Below the pieces are notes generated by a model. It did no database searches and was not told where the DNA came from. It saw only the letters and a program-made list of their open reading frames with translations. Shown here piece after piece: positions 12,776 to 25,803 of a DNA stretch of 64,000 bases. Numbering within the stretch: the first letter of the stretch is position 1; each line of letters opens with the position of its first letter. The position numbers and the translations under genes are program-made. This DNA is from Octopus sinensis (Eukaryota): positions 48,422,001 through 48,486,000 of the forward strand of contig NC_043010.1 of assembly GCF_006345805.1 (NCBI RefSeq), read 5' to 3'.

Positions 12776-14089
12776 TGAATCCATCCTGCTGCATGCTATT
12801 GACTACTCTCTGAACACACTGGAATATAGAACCAGTTAAGGAGCCTCTGTAGGACTGCTTGACTTGCTAGAAATAGCAGTTAAAAAGATTTTCCTAAAAG
12901 TATACCCTATCATTTTGAAGTGAGAGGGACATTAGATAATGTAAGTCTAGATATGCAGTGTCTGGGGAAAAAAAAGATGACTTGGGGTTAAATAACAACT
13001 GGCATAAATAGTGAGTGATTAAGTTGAATAAGAAATTGGATTCTGTTTTGGCGTTAGGAAGGGCATCCAGCTGTAGAAACTCTGCCAGATCAGATTGGAG
13101 TCTGGTGCAGCCATCTGGTTCACCAGACCTCAGTAAAATCGTCCAACCCATGCTAGCATGGAAAGCAGACGTTAAACGATGATGATGATGATGATGGTGC
13201 TCCCACTTCTGTAATTACAAATGTATGTATGTATATAACAAGAAACTGCTTGTCCCCACTCCTTCTCTCACCTCTTGTCTCCCGGCATAAAGCTACCCTG
13301 CCACCAACCTCATGTTTTATAGTCTTGTGGCCTTATTAGTGCCAGTAGCACATAAAAAGCACCCAGTACATGTTGCAAAGTGGTTAGCATTAGGAAGGCA
13401 TCCAGCTGTAGAAACCATTCCAAAGCAGACACTGCAGCATGGTGTAGTCCTTGAGCCCACTGGATCCTCTTAAAGTGTCCAATCCATGCCAGGAGGGAAC
13501 ATGATTGTTAAATGATCATGAGCATGATGATGGTGATGATGCTGTATCCATCCATCCATCCATCCATCCACCCATCCATCCATTCATTCATTCATTCATT
13601 CATTCATTCGTCCATTCATTCATTCATCTATTCATCATCCACTCATTCTTTCATTTGATAGAAATAGAAAATGAGCATGTATTTTGCAGATGTTCATATT
13701 CATCAAATGGCTTTCTTATTATTAAAATATCTACAGAACTTGCCAGAAGCATACAGTAAGAAACTAACCGAAGTCTTTCACCAACATAACAGCCAGTACT
13801 TTTGCTAAACAATGACTTAGTGAAATAAATATGAATGATACTAGAAGATTAGGCATTGATATTTAAAATGGAAAATAAAAAAAAAACTGTAGACAAGATG
13901 AACCAAAACCAGAAGCTTGAAATGTTGAAGATTATTTTCATGCAGTTCAAGAATAATAAAGTTTAACTAGAAACAAAGCATTCTGGAAAATGATTGACAA
14001 CAAATGGAAAATTGTGCAAGATTAGAAATGAAGAAATCAACCATGTGATCAGCAACTGTATTTACCATTTCCTTGTGTCCTGTGATGTG

Positions 14090-15780
14090 GCTGTCAGAAT
14101 AATCTATAAACATGGAAGAGGAAAACTAAAAGATGGAGATTAAGGAAGACAAATAAAGAGTGAAGTTCATGAAAATATTGGTATGCAGGAGAGGAGAATG
14201 CATTGGTTTGGACATGTGATGCATATGAGTAAAGACAGCTGTATAAAGAAGTGCCTATCGCTGAAAATGGATGGTACCTGTGGAAGAGGGAGATCTTGGA
14301 AGACATGGGATGAAGTGGTGAGGACCGATGTTAGGGCCCACGGAGGAAATGACAATGGACTGAGATGTCTGATGATATGAGGCTTTAGAGAAGACCCACC
14401 CACGTCAGTAAAACTGAGTGCTAGAAACATTGTGACCCACCCACATGTAACAATAAACTTTTCACACAGCCTACCCCTAGAATCCAAACTAAATCTCTTC
14501 TAAACTGCACTTTTTTCTTCCTTGTATTTTCTCATGATTGTCCCCTACTTCCTATCCCTGCCCTCACTGCCCTGCTCAATGTATTGCTGCTTTACCCCAC
14601 CCCATCTTTATACCCAGGTTTTCACTAGTCACTGCAATCCCCATTCCCTACTGGTGCCTTCTTGGCAATACCTGGCCACGTATATCATGATCTCTGTACC
14701 TTGAGGGTATGCCCTAGCAATTTCCACCATTTATCTCTCTCTTTCTTACTCTACTATTCCATTTATGCTCTGATCCCTGTTACTAGTGAGTATACCCTGG
14801 TGCTTCACCACCATCTCTCTCTTACTCTCTCTTGCACTTTCGCTGTTTCTCACTCTCTCTCGCTCCTTCTCTTGTTTTTCCTCTGGCTGGGTAACCAAGT
14901 ATCTCCTTTACATCAGCACACATATTTCTGTCCTCTTTCTTGTTGTCTCTCTCTTCCTCTTGCCCTCTCTCTCCCTCTATCACTCTTCATTTCTCTCTTC
15001 CTCTCCCTCTTTTCCTTTCAGTTTCTCTTCCTCTTCCTCTCTTTTCCTCTTCCACTCTCTCCCTCTTCGTTTCTCTCTCTTCCCTTCTTTCTCTTTCGTT
15101 CTCTCTTTCCCTCTTGTCCTCTCTCTCCCTCTATCACTCTTCATTTCTCTCTTCCTCTCCCTCTTTTCCTTTCAGTTTCTCTTCCTCTTCCTCTCTTTTC
15201 CTCTTCCACTCTCTCCCTCTTCGTTTCTCTCTCTTCCCTTTCTCCTTTCCTCTTGCACTCACTCTCTTCTGTTTCTCTGTTCTCTTTGTTTTTCTCCTCC
15301 CCCTCTCTCTCTTCCTCTTGCACTCCCTCTCTTTCTCCTTCCTCTCTGCCCCCCCTTCTTCCTCGGTCTCTGTCTGTCTGTCTGTCTCTGTCTCTGTCTG
15401 TCTGTGTCTGTCTGTGCCTTTCTCTCTCCAGGTAACCATATGTCTCCTCTATAGCAAGACACCTATTTCTGTCTCTTTGTCACACTCTAACCTTTCATCA
15501 TCTGACACAAGTTCCCCTCCTCCAATGCCCCATCCCCTCTCAAAATTCCTTGTCTTGCAAGTTACTTGGTGACCCTGCCAGTGCTAGTGCCACATAAAAA
15601 GCATCCTCTCTACACTGTAGAGTGGTTGGCATTTGGAAGGGTATCCATGCCAAAACTAACCTTGCTTGTGTTGGTACCACTTAAAAAGCACTAAATCCAC
15701 TCTGCAGAGTGCTTGGAGTTAGGAAGAGCATCCAGCTGAAAAAACCCCTGCCAAAACAGACACAGTACTCTTGGCCACAG
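14090..15780 (+). mobile_element. Degraded RTE 3' fragment (C-terminal ORF relic plus CT-rich 3' region)
   Basis: QERRMHWFGHV...GTCGRGRSWKTWDEVVR aligns to the C-terminus of the intact RTE ORF; RTE 3' end motifs at about 15575-15780. Confidence 0.7.
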
Positions 15781-15848
15781 TCAAATGACTGAAACAAGTA
15801 AAAGAGTAAAGAGTAAAGAGTATACATGCATATACATACATACATATG

Positions 15849-16135
15849 TATGAGGCCTGACCAATGAGTATCTGAACTGTTGCTATAGTAACTTGGTTAA
15901 AGCATGCAGAGTGAAGTCACTTGGCAAAGATTGGCTTTGAACTCTGCTGTGCATGGGCACTGAGTTTTAATGTTTTAGCTCACCTATATTTCCAGCAGTG
16001 CTTGGAAGGAAGGTGTGTAGTGTGTGATTGTCACATTGACCATGACAGAGAAAGTTGTCACGGTGATACCTGCTCAGAGGCCTAGGTAAAGTTGCAGAAA
16101 GTGTATGGAGAGGAGTGTATGAGCTGCATAGAAAT
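15849..16135 (+). mobile_element. Mariner-derived 5' fragment
   Basis: Starts TA|TGAGGCCTGACCAATGAGTATC (mariner TIR-like); ATGACAGAGAAAGTT (MTEKV) start-like sequence. Confidence 0.45.
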
Positions 16136-16147
16136 ATTGGCAAGAAA

Positions 16148-16518
16148 TCTCTATATATATAAAGCTGAAGTTGTCTGTGTATGGCAGGTTTGGTAGCCTC
16201 CAAGACCCTGCAGCGCAAGTTGACCAAAATTGAGAGTATGATAGAAGGCTTGCTCTTCCTTACATAGAAGAAAAAATTTAAATCGGACCATGTTAACACC
16301 AAAAATTATTTACATCAAAAAGGTGCTTTTTTCTCTATGAAAATCCCCGTTCTTTACGATATTTTGACTGCTGTGTCGCCATTTTTTGGTGTATTTCAAC
16401 CAGAAAAATATTCACTTAAAGAGAATAACAAGCTACATAATGCAAAATTCTTACTTTTCAAAAATTCCAATTCTAAAGGGTTGAAACAAACCTGAGCAAC
16501 GCCAGGCAATTCTGCTAG
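16148..16518 (+). mobile_element. Non-autonomous Helitron
   Basis: A|TCTCTATATATATAAAG 5' end; subterminal hairpin CCTGAGCAACGCCAGG; 3' CTAG|T; inserted at an AT site; similar 5' end at about 49091. Confidence 0.75.
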
Positions 16519-16828
16519 TCTTGAAATAAAACTGAATAATAACATCCATCCATCCATCCATCCATCCATCCATTCATCCATCCATCCATCCATCCATCCA
16601 TACATACATACATACACACATATATTTAGAAGTGTACATTTTAATATAGAATAAGTAAAGCGATCAAGGCAAAGGATATTTTTTTGTGTCTATTGTGTGT
16701 ATGTGGACATTTATAATCCACAGAAATTGCACACATGTAGATTATTTGGTTTAAATTAAACATTGTTATAAGCCGACACATGCATATATGGATTCACAAA
16801 TATGAATTGCTTATTTATTTATTGTTGC

Positions 16829-16860
<32 letters not shown>

Positions 16861-17099
16861 TGTTGAATTTTCCTTTGGTTCAGTATGAAAGAGAAATGCG
16901 AGAAAAAGAGGGAGCAAAAAAAGAACTAACTATAAGCTGTCAATATAATTCTGTAGTCATTGGCATATCAATATAATAGGAGCTATGCATTATTCACAGC
17001 AGAACTGTAAAGCATTAGATTTCATTGATATTTTTCTCAGCATCCAGTTTAAACCAACCATGTGAGCTTTACTTAAAAAAAAAAATACTAACTACAATA

Positions 17100-17105
17100 A
17101 TAGTA

Positions 17106-17158
<53 letters not shown>

Positions 17159-17520
17159 TAATAATGATAATAATAACAATAATAATAATGATAATAATAA
17201 TAATGATAATAATAAGAATTATAATCATAATAATAATAATAATGATGATAATAACAATAATAATAATGATAATAATAATAGTGATAATAATAATAGTGAT
17301 AATAATAAGAATTATAATCATAACAATAATAATGATAATAATAAGAATTATAATCATAATAATAATAATGATAATAATAACAATAATAATAATGATAATA
17401 ATAATAGTGATAATAATAATAGTGATAATAATAAGAATTATAATCATAATAATAATAATGATAATAATAAGAATTATAATCATAATAATAATAATAATAA
17501 TGATAATAATAATAATAACG
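17100..17520. repeat. Compound (AAT)n microsatellite with higher-order repeats
   Basis: (AAT)n with recurring AATAAGAATTATAATCAT blocks; source of the poly-N and poly-I ORFs. Confidence 0.95.
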
Positions 17521-17710
17521 ACAATCTTTTCTGAAATAATTTCATGGTAAAATCGAAAAACAAAAACAAAAAAAGAAAAGAAAAGTAACGAAAACGATAA
17601 AACTTCAGTATATAAGAAAACTTTGTTCAAGAAAACTTCTGTTCCTCTTCTTTTTTCAGAATAAAGGAAGAAATTAATAAATAAATCCTGGAAATGTATA
17701 ATAAATACAA

Positions 17711-17746
<36 letters not shown>

Positions 17747-17932
17747 TTGTGTGTGTATATATGTATGTGTACACATAAAAACACACTCACACACACATGC
17801 ACACAAACATGCACACACACCACACCCACACATATGTATGTATGTATGTATGTATGTATGCATGTATGTATGTATGTATGTATGTATGTATATATATATA
17901 TATACACACATACATAGATTTATGTATGTATG

Positions 17933-17965
<33 letters not shown>

Positions 17966-17983
17966 TATATATACATACATACA

Positions 17984-18014
<31 letters not shown>

Positions 18015-18686
18015 GTATATCAACTTCCTAATAAATGCAGGAACTCCCAAGGATGACAGTCTAGTGGCTATGGCAAGAATTTGGCAACCAAGTAAGGAAA
18101 AGAAAATCATAACGACTTTCTTTGAGAGAATCGAATTGTGTTTGGCATTGATAGAGATATTAAACTGGCCTTTGTGTTAGCTCTGTGGCAAACAATATAA
18201 ACGGTTATATTTGCCTCATTTGGAATCTAAATGGAGTCTTGGAGTCTCAGTTAGCCATTCAGTTTTCTTATTCCTCTGATAAAAATGTTATCCTTAATTC
18301 AAATTCTTATAAATATGCTGCAGGTCTTGTTTGAATATATTTTCGCTTCCATCCTTTTCTTTCTTTCCTAAACCTCTAAAAGTATTAAATGTAAATGGTA
18401 ATCCTGTGCCTCTGTGGGACGAAATCTCCATTATAGGGAAAGAAAGAGGAATGGTAAAACAAATGAGAGAACCAGCTCAAAGAGAATGCAAGCAGAAAAT
18501 CCCATTGTGGATTGCAGTCTAACAGAGCTGGCCTCTGTAAAATAAGCTTAAATACTCTTAAAATTGTCATATTACTACCATCAGACAGGACCATTAGAAC
18601 CTGCTCATTTGCAACAAGGCACTCTGCCTGCCCCTTCCTATTCCTACGTTTCCAACATTCATCAATCTGTAAAATCCACACAGCTG

Positions 18687-18729
<43 letters not shown>

Positions 18730-18961
18730 ATCTAGCTCCCTATCTATTTTTTGTGATTGCATGTGTGTGTGTGTCTACAGTCTACAAACGCACGCACTCA
18801 CATAACACACATATACACATACATGCATATATGCATATACACACATACCCACATGCATGTATTCATACACATGCAAATACAAACACACAAAAACACACAC
18901 ACACATGCATGTATGCATACATTCACATATGTAGACACACATACATACATACATACATACA

Positions 18962-18993
<32 letters not shown>

Positions 18994-19686
18994 CATACAT
19001 ACACATGCCTGCCAACCAACTAACCTTCCTTCTTTCCTTCCTTCCTTCCTCCCTCTCTCCCTTCCTTCCTTCCTTCCTTCCTTCCTTCCTTCCTACCTTC
19101 CTTCTGTCCTTCTTGCCTTCCTTCTGTCCTTCCTTCCTTCCTTCCTCCCTTCCCTCCTTCTTCCTACCTTCCTTCTGTCCTTCTTGCCTTCCTTCTGTCC
19201 TTCCTTCCTTCCTCCCTTCCCTCCTTCTTTCCTACCTTCCGTCCTTCCTTCCTCCCTCCCTCCCTCCCTTCCTTCCTTCCTTTCTTCCTTCTGTCCTTCC
19301 TTCCTTCCTTTTAAGCAGCATGATCATGACGTTGCATAAACAATATACAACGACATCCACCGAAGAAAAAGCGACGGCTCTGGAGTAAATAGAAGAACAC
19401 TTCTGTTGTTAAGAACATACGATTCAACAGAGGGAATATTGGTGGAACATTCCTATTAAAACTTCTACCAATTTCAAACAGGCTTGATATAGTTGTTTTG
19501 GGACAGAGAAGAAAAATTATACACAGTTAAAAGTCTCTGCCCTATAAATATACTCTTACTCTTTTTACTCTTTTACTTGTTTCAGTCATTTGACTGTGGC
19601 CATGCTGGAGCACCGCCTTTTAGTCGAGCAAATCGACCCCAGGACTTATTCTTTGTAAGAACTACTGGATACACCAGCTAGTATAC

Positions 19687-19769
<83 letters not shown>

Positions 19770-20313
19770 AAAAGCACCATCCGTTCGTGGCCGTTTGCCA
19801 GCTCTGTCTGGCACCTGTGCGGGTGGCACGTAAAAAGCACCCACTACACTCACGGAGTGGTTGGCGTTAGGAAGGGCATCCAGCCGTAGAAACACTGCCA
19901 GATTTGACTGGGCCTGATGAAGCCTTCTGGCTTCACAGACCCCAGTAGAACCGTCCAACCCATGCTAGCATGGAAAACGGACGCTAAACGATGATGATGA
20001 TGATGATGATATATATATGATGCTTAATATATGGATTTAACTAATCCAATGGTACTCACAAAAATACTCCTTTAGTGGACTAGGCTACAAAACCTATATA
20101 TTATTTATTATACACTAAAATAAACTATTTTACTTTGATGTTGACTGTGAAACAATCTTAATTGTATGAATATCAACTGATGAGATAAATATGTTTATCT
20201 CTTACCTCCTGACTTTCTTTATATTTTACACACGCACACACACACATGCATACACACATATACACATACACAAACACACATTAAATTGAATCCACTTTGC
20301 TTTTGTCCTCTAG

Positions 20314-20494
20314 GGAAGTAAGGCAAAGACTTAAGCAAGTTCAAAATGGTTTGGATAAAATTCAAGAAACAAATGATCTGGTCGACAGAATGAAGAAAGA
20401 ACTAGTGGCACTTGAACCAGAGTTAAAAGAGAAATCTGCAAACACTATAGCACTACTTGAAAACTTGGTTGTTGATCAAGATGCAGCAGATAAA
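20314..20494 (+). CDS. DNAH6: DNAH6-like exon 5 (stalk CC1)
   Basis: ctag|G ... AAA|gtaggt; [28 protein letters not shown]. Confidence 0.92.
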
Positions 20495-20748
20495 GTAGGT
20501 ATTCAGTGATTTTAGGAGTTGGAATTCTTTGTGATCAAATTGAGACTTTGAAGAAAGAACGGTTGATCTCTTCTGTTATAGGGCATCATTTAAAGGATAT
20601 TTGCATGCTATTTCTTGTTGATCACAGGATCTTTCAGAATTTCCCACATTTCATTGGGATTTATTTGTCCAGAATAAGTATAATGTTTATTTTAAACAGA
20701 ATAGCAATAGGCCAATACAAACCCTGATATATATTTAATATGGACTGT

Positions 20749-21070
20749 GAAGGCATGTGGCTTAGTGGTTAGGGTATTCAGTTCACAATTGCAAGGTTGT
20801 GAGTTCGATTCCTAGTAGTGTGTTGTGTTCTTGAGCAAGACACTTTTTTTCATGTTGCTCCAGTCCATTCAGCTGGCAAAACTGAGTATCACCTGTAATT
20901 CAAAGAGCCAGCTTTGTCACATTCTGCATCACGCTGAATCTTCTTGAGAACTATGTTAAGAGTATAAGTGTCTGTGGAGTGCTCAGCCACTTGCACATTA
21001 ATTTCACAAGCAGGCTGTTCTGCTGATTGGATCAACTAGAACCTTCATCATTGTAACGAATGGAGTGCCA
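20749..21070 (+). mobile_element. tRNA-derived SINE
   Basis: TGGCTTAGTGG and GAGTTCGATTCC boxes, TTGAGCAAGACAC core; tail matches 881 copy. Confidence 0.8.
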
Positions 21071-21207
21071 TGTAAACATTCTGTTTCAAAAGAACTTCAG
21101 TGATGGCTAACAGAATATAGTTTTAGTGGTGGCGACCAGTGATGTTTATTGTTCTAGAAGTGTTGGATGGGTTGTATATTTAAATAAAATGTACATATTG
21201 GTTTAGT

Positions 21208-21542
21208 GAAGGTGCATGGCTCAGTGGTTAGAGCGTTGAGATTATGATTGTGAGGTTGTGAGTTCGAATCTTGGACTGGGCTGTGTGTTGTGTTCTTGAG
21301 CAAGAAACTTTATTTCACGTTGCCCCAGTTCACTCAGCTGTAGAAATGAGTTGCAACGTCAAGGGTGCCAAGCTGTATCGGCTGTTGTCTTTCCTTTGGA
21401 TAACACTGGTAAGCATGGAGAGGGGAGGCCAGTATACATGGGTGACTGCTGGTGTTCTATAAACAACCTTGCCTGGACTTGTGCCTAGGAGGGTAACTTT
21501 CTAGGTGAAATCCCACGGTCAGTCATGACTGAAGTGGGGTCT
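21208..21542 (+). mobile_element. tRNA-derived SINE (second copy at about 43905-44232)
   Basis: TGGCTCAGTGG and GAGTTCGAATC boxes; body colinear with 43905-44232. Confidence 0.8.
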
Positions 21543-21941
21543 CAATATATTGGTTTGATGAAGAGCTCACTACAAATCTGATATGAATGTATCACAAGTG
21601 AGACTGAGAATTCAACAGAAACCCATCAGCATTCTTTAGAAATTTAGTACAAATTTAAAGCACAGCACTTCAGGAAAGAAAGGCATTAAAGGAAGCCATT
21701 CCATGTTATGAAATTAGTTATTTTGAAGAATGTCCAAATAGTGTTTTGAGTTAACTGTAGGTTGCATTGTAGGAGGCTGAGTCTAAATGTAGTCAAACAA
21801 CTAACTTCAGTGGCATAGGGGTTACAAGAAATTTAAACAGTTATCATTTTGTATGGTTTTGTTAAGAGCCATAGCTTCACAAACCAATGGGGTAGCCTGT
21901 AAATGGACTGGACATATAGATGTCAGAAGGTACTGGGTTTG

Positions 21942-23790
21942 GGCTTGGAGATGCATGTATGACCTTCTGTTTAAAGAAGGTTTCTTGATAATTTCATGAT
22001 TTTGGGTTCAATTCCAACATGCCATTATCTTCTACCAGAGTCTCTGGTGGACCCAAACCTTGTGGTTGAAATTAGTCAAGAACTGTGTAGAAATTCATCA
22101 GATGGACTGTATTTGTTCTTTAGTTGTAGACTTTATCTGTAACCCCCAGAGAGACCACTGACCTGTTCAGCAAATTTGGTGCCAAATTGGCCATTTTAGC
22201 TGATTTGTAGCCAAAGTTGTGTGTGGTCATGCATTGTCATGCTGAATATGTATTATTTTGAGATTCTCGTTTTGTCTCTTCTTCTTAATGCCTTTAAACT
22301 TCTTCATCAATCTATGTACATTGCTCTTGGCAATAACATCATCTCTGTAAACAACCTGCAATCGTCTGTGGATGTCAGACATCTTGTACCCTTCCTTTGT
22401 CAAGAACTCAGTTATGGCATATTGCTTTTGCTTACAACTCATTATTTCTCTGCAGCAAAGAAGAACAAGAAGACTTACTCTACCAACATATGCAATTTGA
22501 ATCTCCTGTTAATAAAAACATCATGCTTGCTTTTGTGTTATTTTCAGAATAGCACTTGAAATTCACTCCTGTTTAATATTATCAATGGATGCATATACTT
22601 CTTGTATGCTATTAATTTTCTTTATTTCTATTTTGCATTATTAGACTATTTGTAGAATACATTATCATTTTATATATGGCAGTTATTTCATGGAACTATG
22701 CTCATCTAAAATTGCCCAGCTAATTGTTTCATTGCCCAGAGTATGCTACTCAGTACTGTACTTGGTACTAAACCAAACAATATTGTACTTGATACTTCTT
22801 TTTTTGTCATACATTACCAAGTTAATGACTAGAATTTTATTTTAATCTGTTGAGGAAACAGCTAGAATTTTCTTCTATTTTTTTTGCATAGAATTTGAAA
22901 TAGATTCAATTGGAAGTACAATTAATTTTAAAAGTTGACTTTATTCAGTGCAATTTAAATTTTAATTTACTTAAAACTTGATTTCTTTATTGTAAATTTT
23001 ATGAGAGAGATACTACAGGAAGGTTCTTTCTCTGTCTTGTTATCAAAGACACCAATTAGATTTTAATTGTTTATAACAGGAAACCACTTTTAAGACAGCC
23101 ATTAATTGAAAGAATTATTTCTATGGAAATTGTGTTTCAATTAAAATTATCTTCATTAAACCAAAAGAAATGTTAGTTAATGACTTCTGTCAGATATTAT
23201 GCTGGTGTTTTCCTAGAATAAGTATAAAATATGCCATTGCTTTGCAAATAAGCTTTTTATGCTACAGTGTCTTTAAAATTAATAATGAGGATGCAGTGAT
23301 AATGATTGTCAACATTTAGTGTAATGTACTTAGACATGGCTTGGAGATGCATGTATGACCTTCTGTTTAAAGAAGGTTTCTTGATAATTTCATGATTTTG
23401 GGTTCAATTCCAACATGCCATTATCTTCTACCAGGGTCTTTGGTTGACCCAAATCTTGTGGTTGAAATTAGTCAAAAACTGTGTAGAAATTCATCAGATG
23501 GACTGTATTTGTTCTTTAGTTGTAGACTTTATCTGTAACCCCCAATCATATATGCCCTGCAGAACAGTCATTGGCACTGCTCTTCTTCCTCTTGCTAGGC
23601 CCCTTAATAACTTAGAAAAGGATTAAGTGACCAAAACCTTGTGGTTGAAATTAGTCAAAAACTGTGTAGAAATTCATCAGATGAACTGTATTTGTTCTTT
23701 AGTTGTAGACTTTATCTGTAACTTCCAATCATATATGCCCTGCAAAACAGTCATTGGCACTGCTCTTCTCCCTCTTACTAGTAACTTAGT
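21942..23790 (+). repeat. Local duplication: about 205 bp at 21942-22148 repeated at 23338-23545, plus an about 183-bp tandem unit at 23444 and 23627
   Basis: GGCTTGGAGATGCATGTATGACCTTCTG...ACTTTATCTGTAACCCC near-identical in both places. Confidence 0.85.
22200..22450 (-). pseudogene. Mariner transposase N-terminal HTH relic
   Basis: KQYAITEFLTKEGYKMSDIHRRLQVVYRDDVIAKSNVHRLMKKFKG, Mos1-type HTH. Confidence 0.7.
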
Positions 23791-24995
23791 AACTTAGAAT
23801 AATGGCTCAAGGATAAAGTGAGATTTTGCTATGAGTTTTGGAAATATTTTCCATCTTCTTTATATTCATTCCGTTTTACACTTTCCTTTCAAACGTGCAG
23901 ATTTTTGAAACTTATAAAGTTGAAGGTTAGCAAATGTTGTGCTGGAAGTAAAATTTGTTGGATTATAAAAATAAAATTAAAGTTCCTCCCCAAGTCATAC
24001 AGAATCATAGGGGCCAGTTTTCCAGTTTCCATGGTGTATATATATTCCCCACCTAGACAAGATGCCAGCCTGTTGCACGATTATTCATTTTTGCCAGCTG
24101 AGTGGTTGGAGCAACATGAAATGAAGTGTTTTGCTCAAGAACACAATGTGTTGCCCAGTCCAAGAATCAAAACCACAATGTTACAATCATGAGTTCAACA
24201 CCCTAGCCACTGAGCCATGCACCCCCATGCTGTATTATTACTTCTTATAAATTAATGTGAAGAAAGCACCCTTATGGGGTCAGTGGCAAGTGGTCAATAC
24301 TATTGGCAATATACCATGCTCAAGAAGACCTCTCACACTAAGTGAGATCATAGCTGTGGCTAATGCTGATGTTTTGTAACAGGCACCCTGCCAGTGGCAC
24401 ATAAAAAGCTCCTGCTGCACTCTTAGCGTGGTTGACATTAGAAAGGGCATCCAGTCATAGAAACCATACCAAATCAGATTGGAACCTGGTGCAGCTCCCC
24501 AGCTTACCAATTTTCAATCAAGCCATCCAACTCATGCTAGCATGGAAAACTGACATTAAATGATGATGATGTGAATGTTATTAAGCATGATAAGCATGCT
24601 TTGAGAAAGAAAAGAGCATCAGGCCCTTTGATATTAGAAGGTCTTTTTTAAAATTCTGCTGGACTGGCCCCTGTGCAGGTGGCACATAAAAAACACCATT
24701 TGAGCATGTCCATTGCCAGTACATCCTGACTGGCCCTCGTGCCAGTGGCATGTAAATGCATCCACTACACTCTCGGAGTGGTTGGCATTAGGAAGGGCAT
24801 CCAGCTGTAGAAACTCTGCCAGATCAAGATTGGAGCCTGGTGCAGCCATCTGGTTCGCCAGTCCTCAGTCAAATCGTCCAACCCATGCTAGTATGGAAAG
24901 CGGATGTTAAATGATGATGATGATGATGTCTCAGATTGGTGTTTGTGATGTCTATTATAATTGACTACCTGTTTTCTGAAATACCTTTTGTACAG

Positions 24996-25121
24996 GTAAA
25001 AAAAGATGTAATGGTGAATGAAGCGATTGCGAAACAGAAAGCTGATGAAACAGAAGCAGTTGCTATGGATGCCCAGCAAGATTTGGACGAAGCATTGCCA
25101 GCACTTGAAGGGGCCATACAA
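24996..25121 (+). CDS. DNAH6: DNAH6-like exon 6 (stalk CC1)
   Basis: acag|GTA ... CAA|gttagt; ...DAQQDLDEALPALEGAIQ. Confidence 0.92.
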
Positions 25122-25761
25122 GTTAGTATTATCAAGTGTTTTGTTAAAAATTCAGATTTTTTTTTTACTATTTTATTAAAGCTGAAAACATCCTCACAAA
25201 CAGGTGTGACTGTGTAGTAAGAAGTCGACTTTGCCTTTCATCCTTTCAGGGGTTGATAAATTAAGTACCAGTTACACACTGGGGTTGTTGTAATCGACTT
25301 AATCCCTTTGTCTGTCCTTGTTTGTCCTCTCTATGTTTAACCCCTTGTGGGTAATAAAGAAATAAGAAGCTTGCTTCCCAACTACATGGTTCCTGGTCCA
25401 GTACCACAGCATGGCACCTTGAACAGGTGTCTTCTACTATAGTCTCAGGCCAACCAAAATCTTGTGAGTGGATTTGGTAGATGAAAACTGAAAGAAACCT
25501 GTCGTATGTGTGTGTGTCTTATGTTTGGTTTTGTTCCTCTGCCACTGCTTGACAACCGTTGTTGGTGTCTTTGTGTGCCTGTAACCTAGTGGTTCTGCAA
25601 TAGATACCAATAGAATAAATCCCAGATTTAAAACATGAAAGTACTGGTAGTCGATTCATTTGACCAAAATTTCCTCAAGCTGGTGCCCTGGCATGGCCAC
25701 AGTCTAATGACTGTAACAAAAAATAAAAGACAGTTGTAATCATACTCTTGAGTATGATCAC

Positions 25762-25803
25762 AACTGTCTGATGAATGGCAATTTGAAACTCTGATTAACA
25801 GTT
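25762..25803 (+). ncRNA. Degenerate minimal hammerhead-like motif
   Basis: aactgt-CTGATGA-atggcaattt-GAAA-ctctga-TTA-acagtt; 6-bp stem I; AATAAA about 20 nt downstream. Confidence 0.5.

Noticed and set aside
14662-19388. Long ORFs of 130-274 aa (poly-N, poly-I, SL-rich, YI/HT-rich)
   Set aside because: Translations of (AAT)n, (CT)n, (CCTT)n, (TA)n and (CATA)n microsatellites; no protein signal
19914-19946. CTGATGA-AGCC...GGCT as a hammerhead core
   Set aside because: No GAAA after the stem; it is the 3' UTR stem-loop of the RTE-tailed repeat
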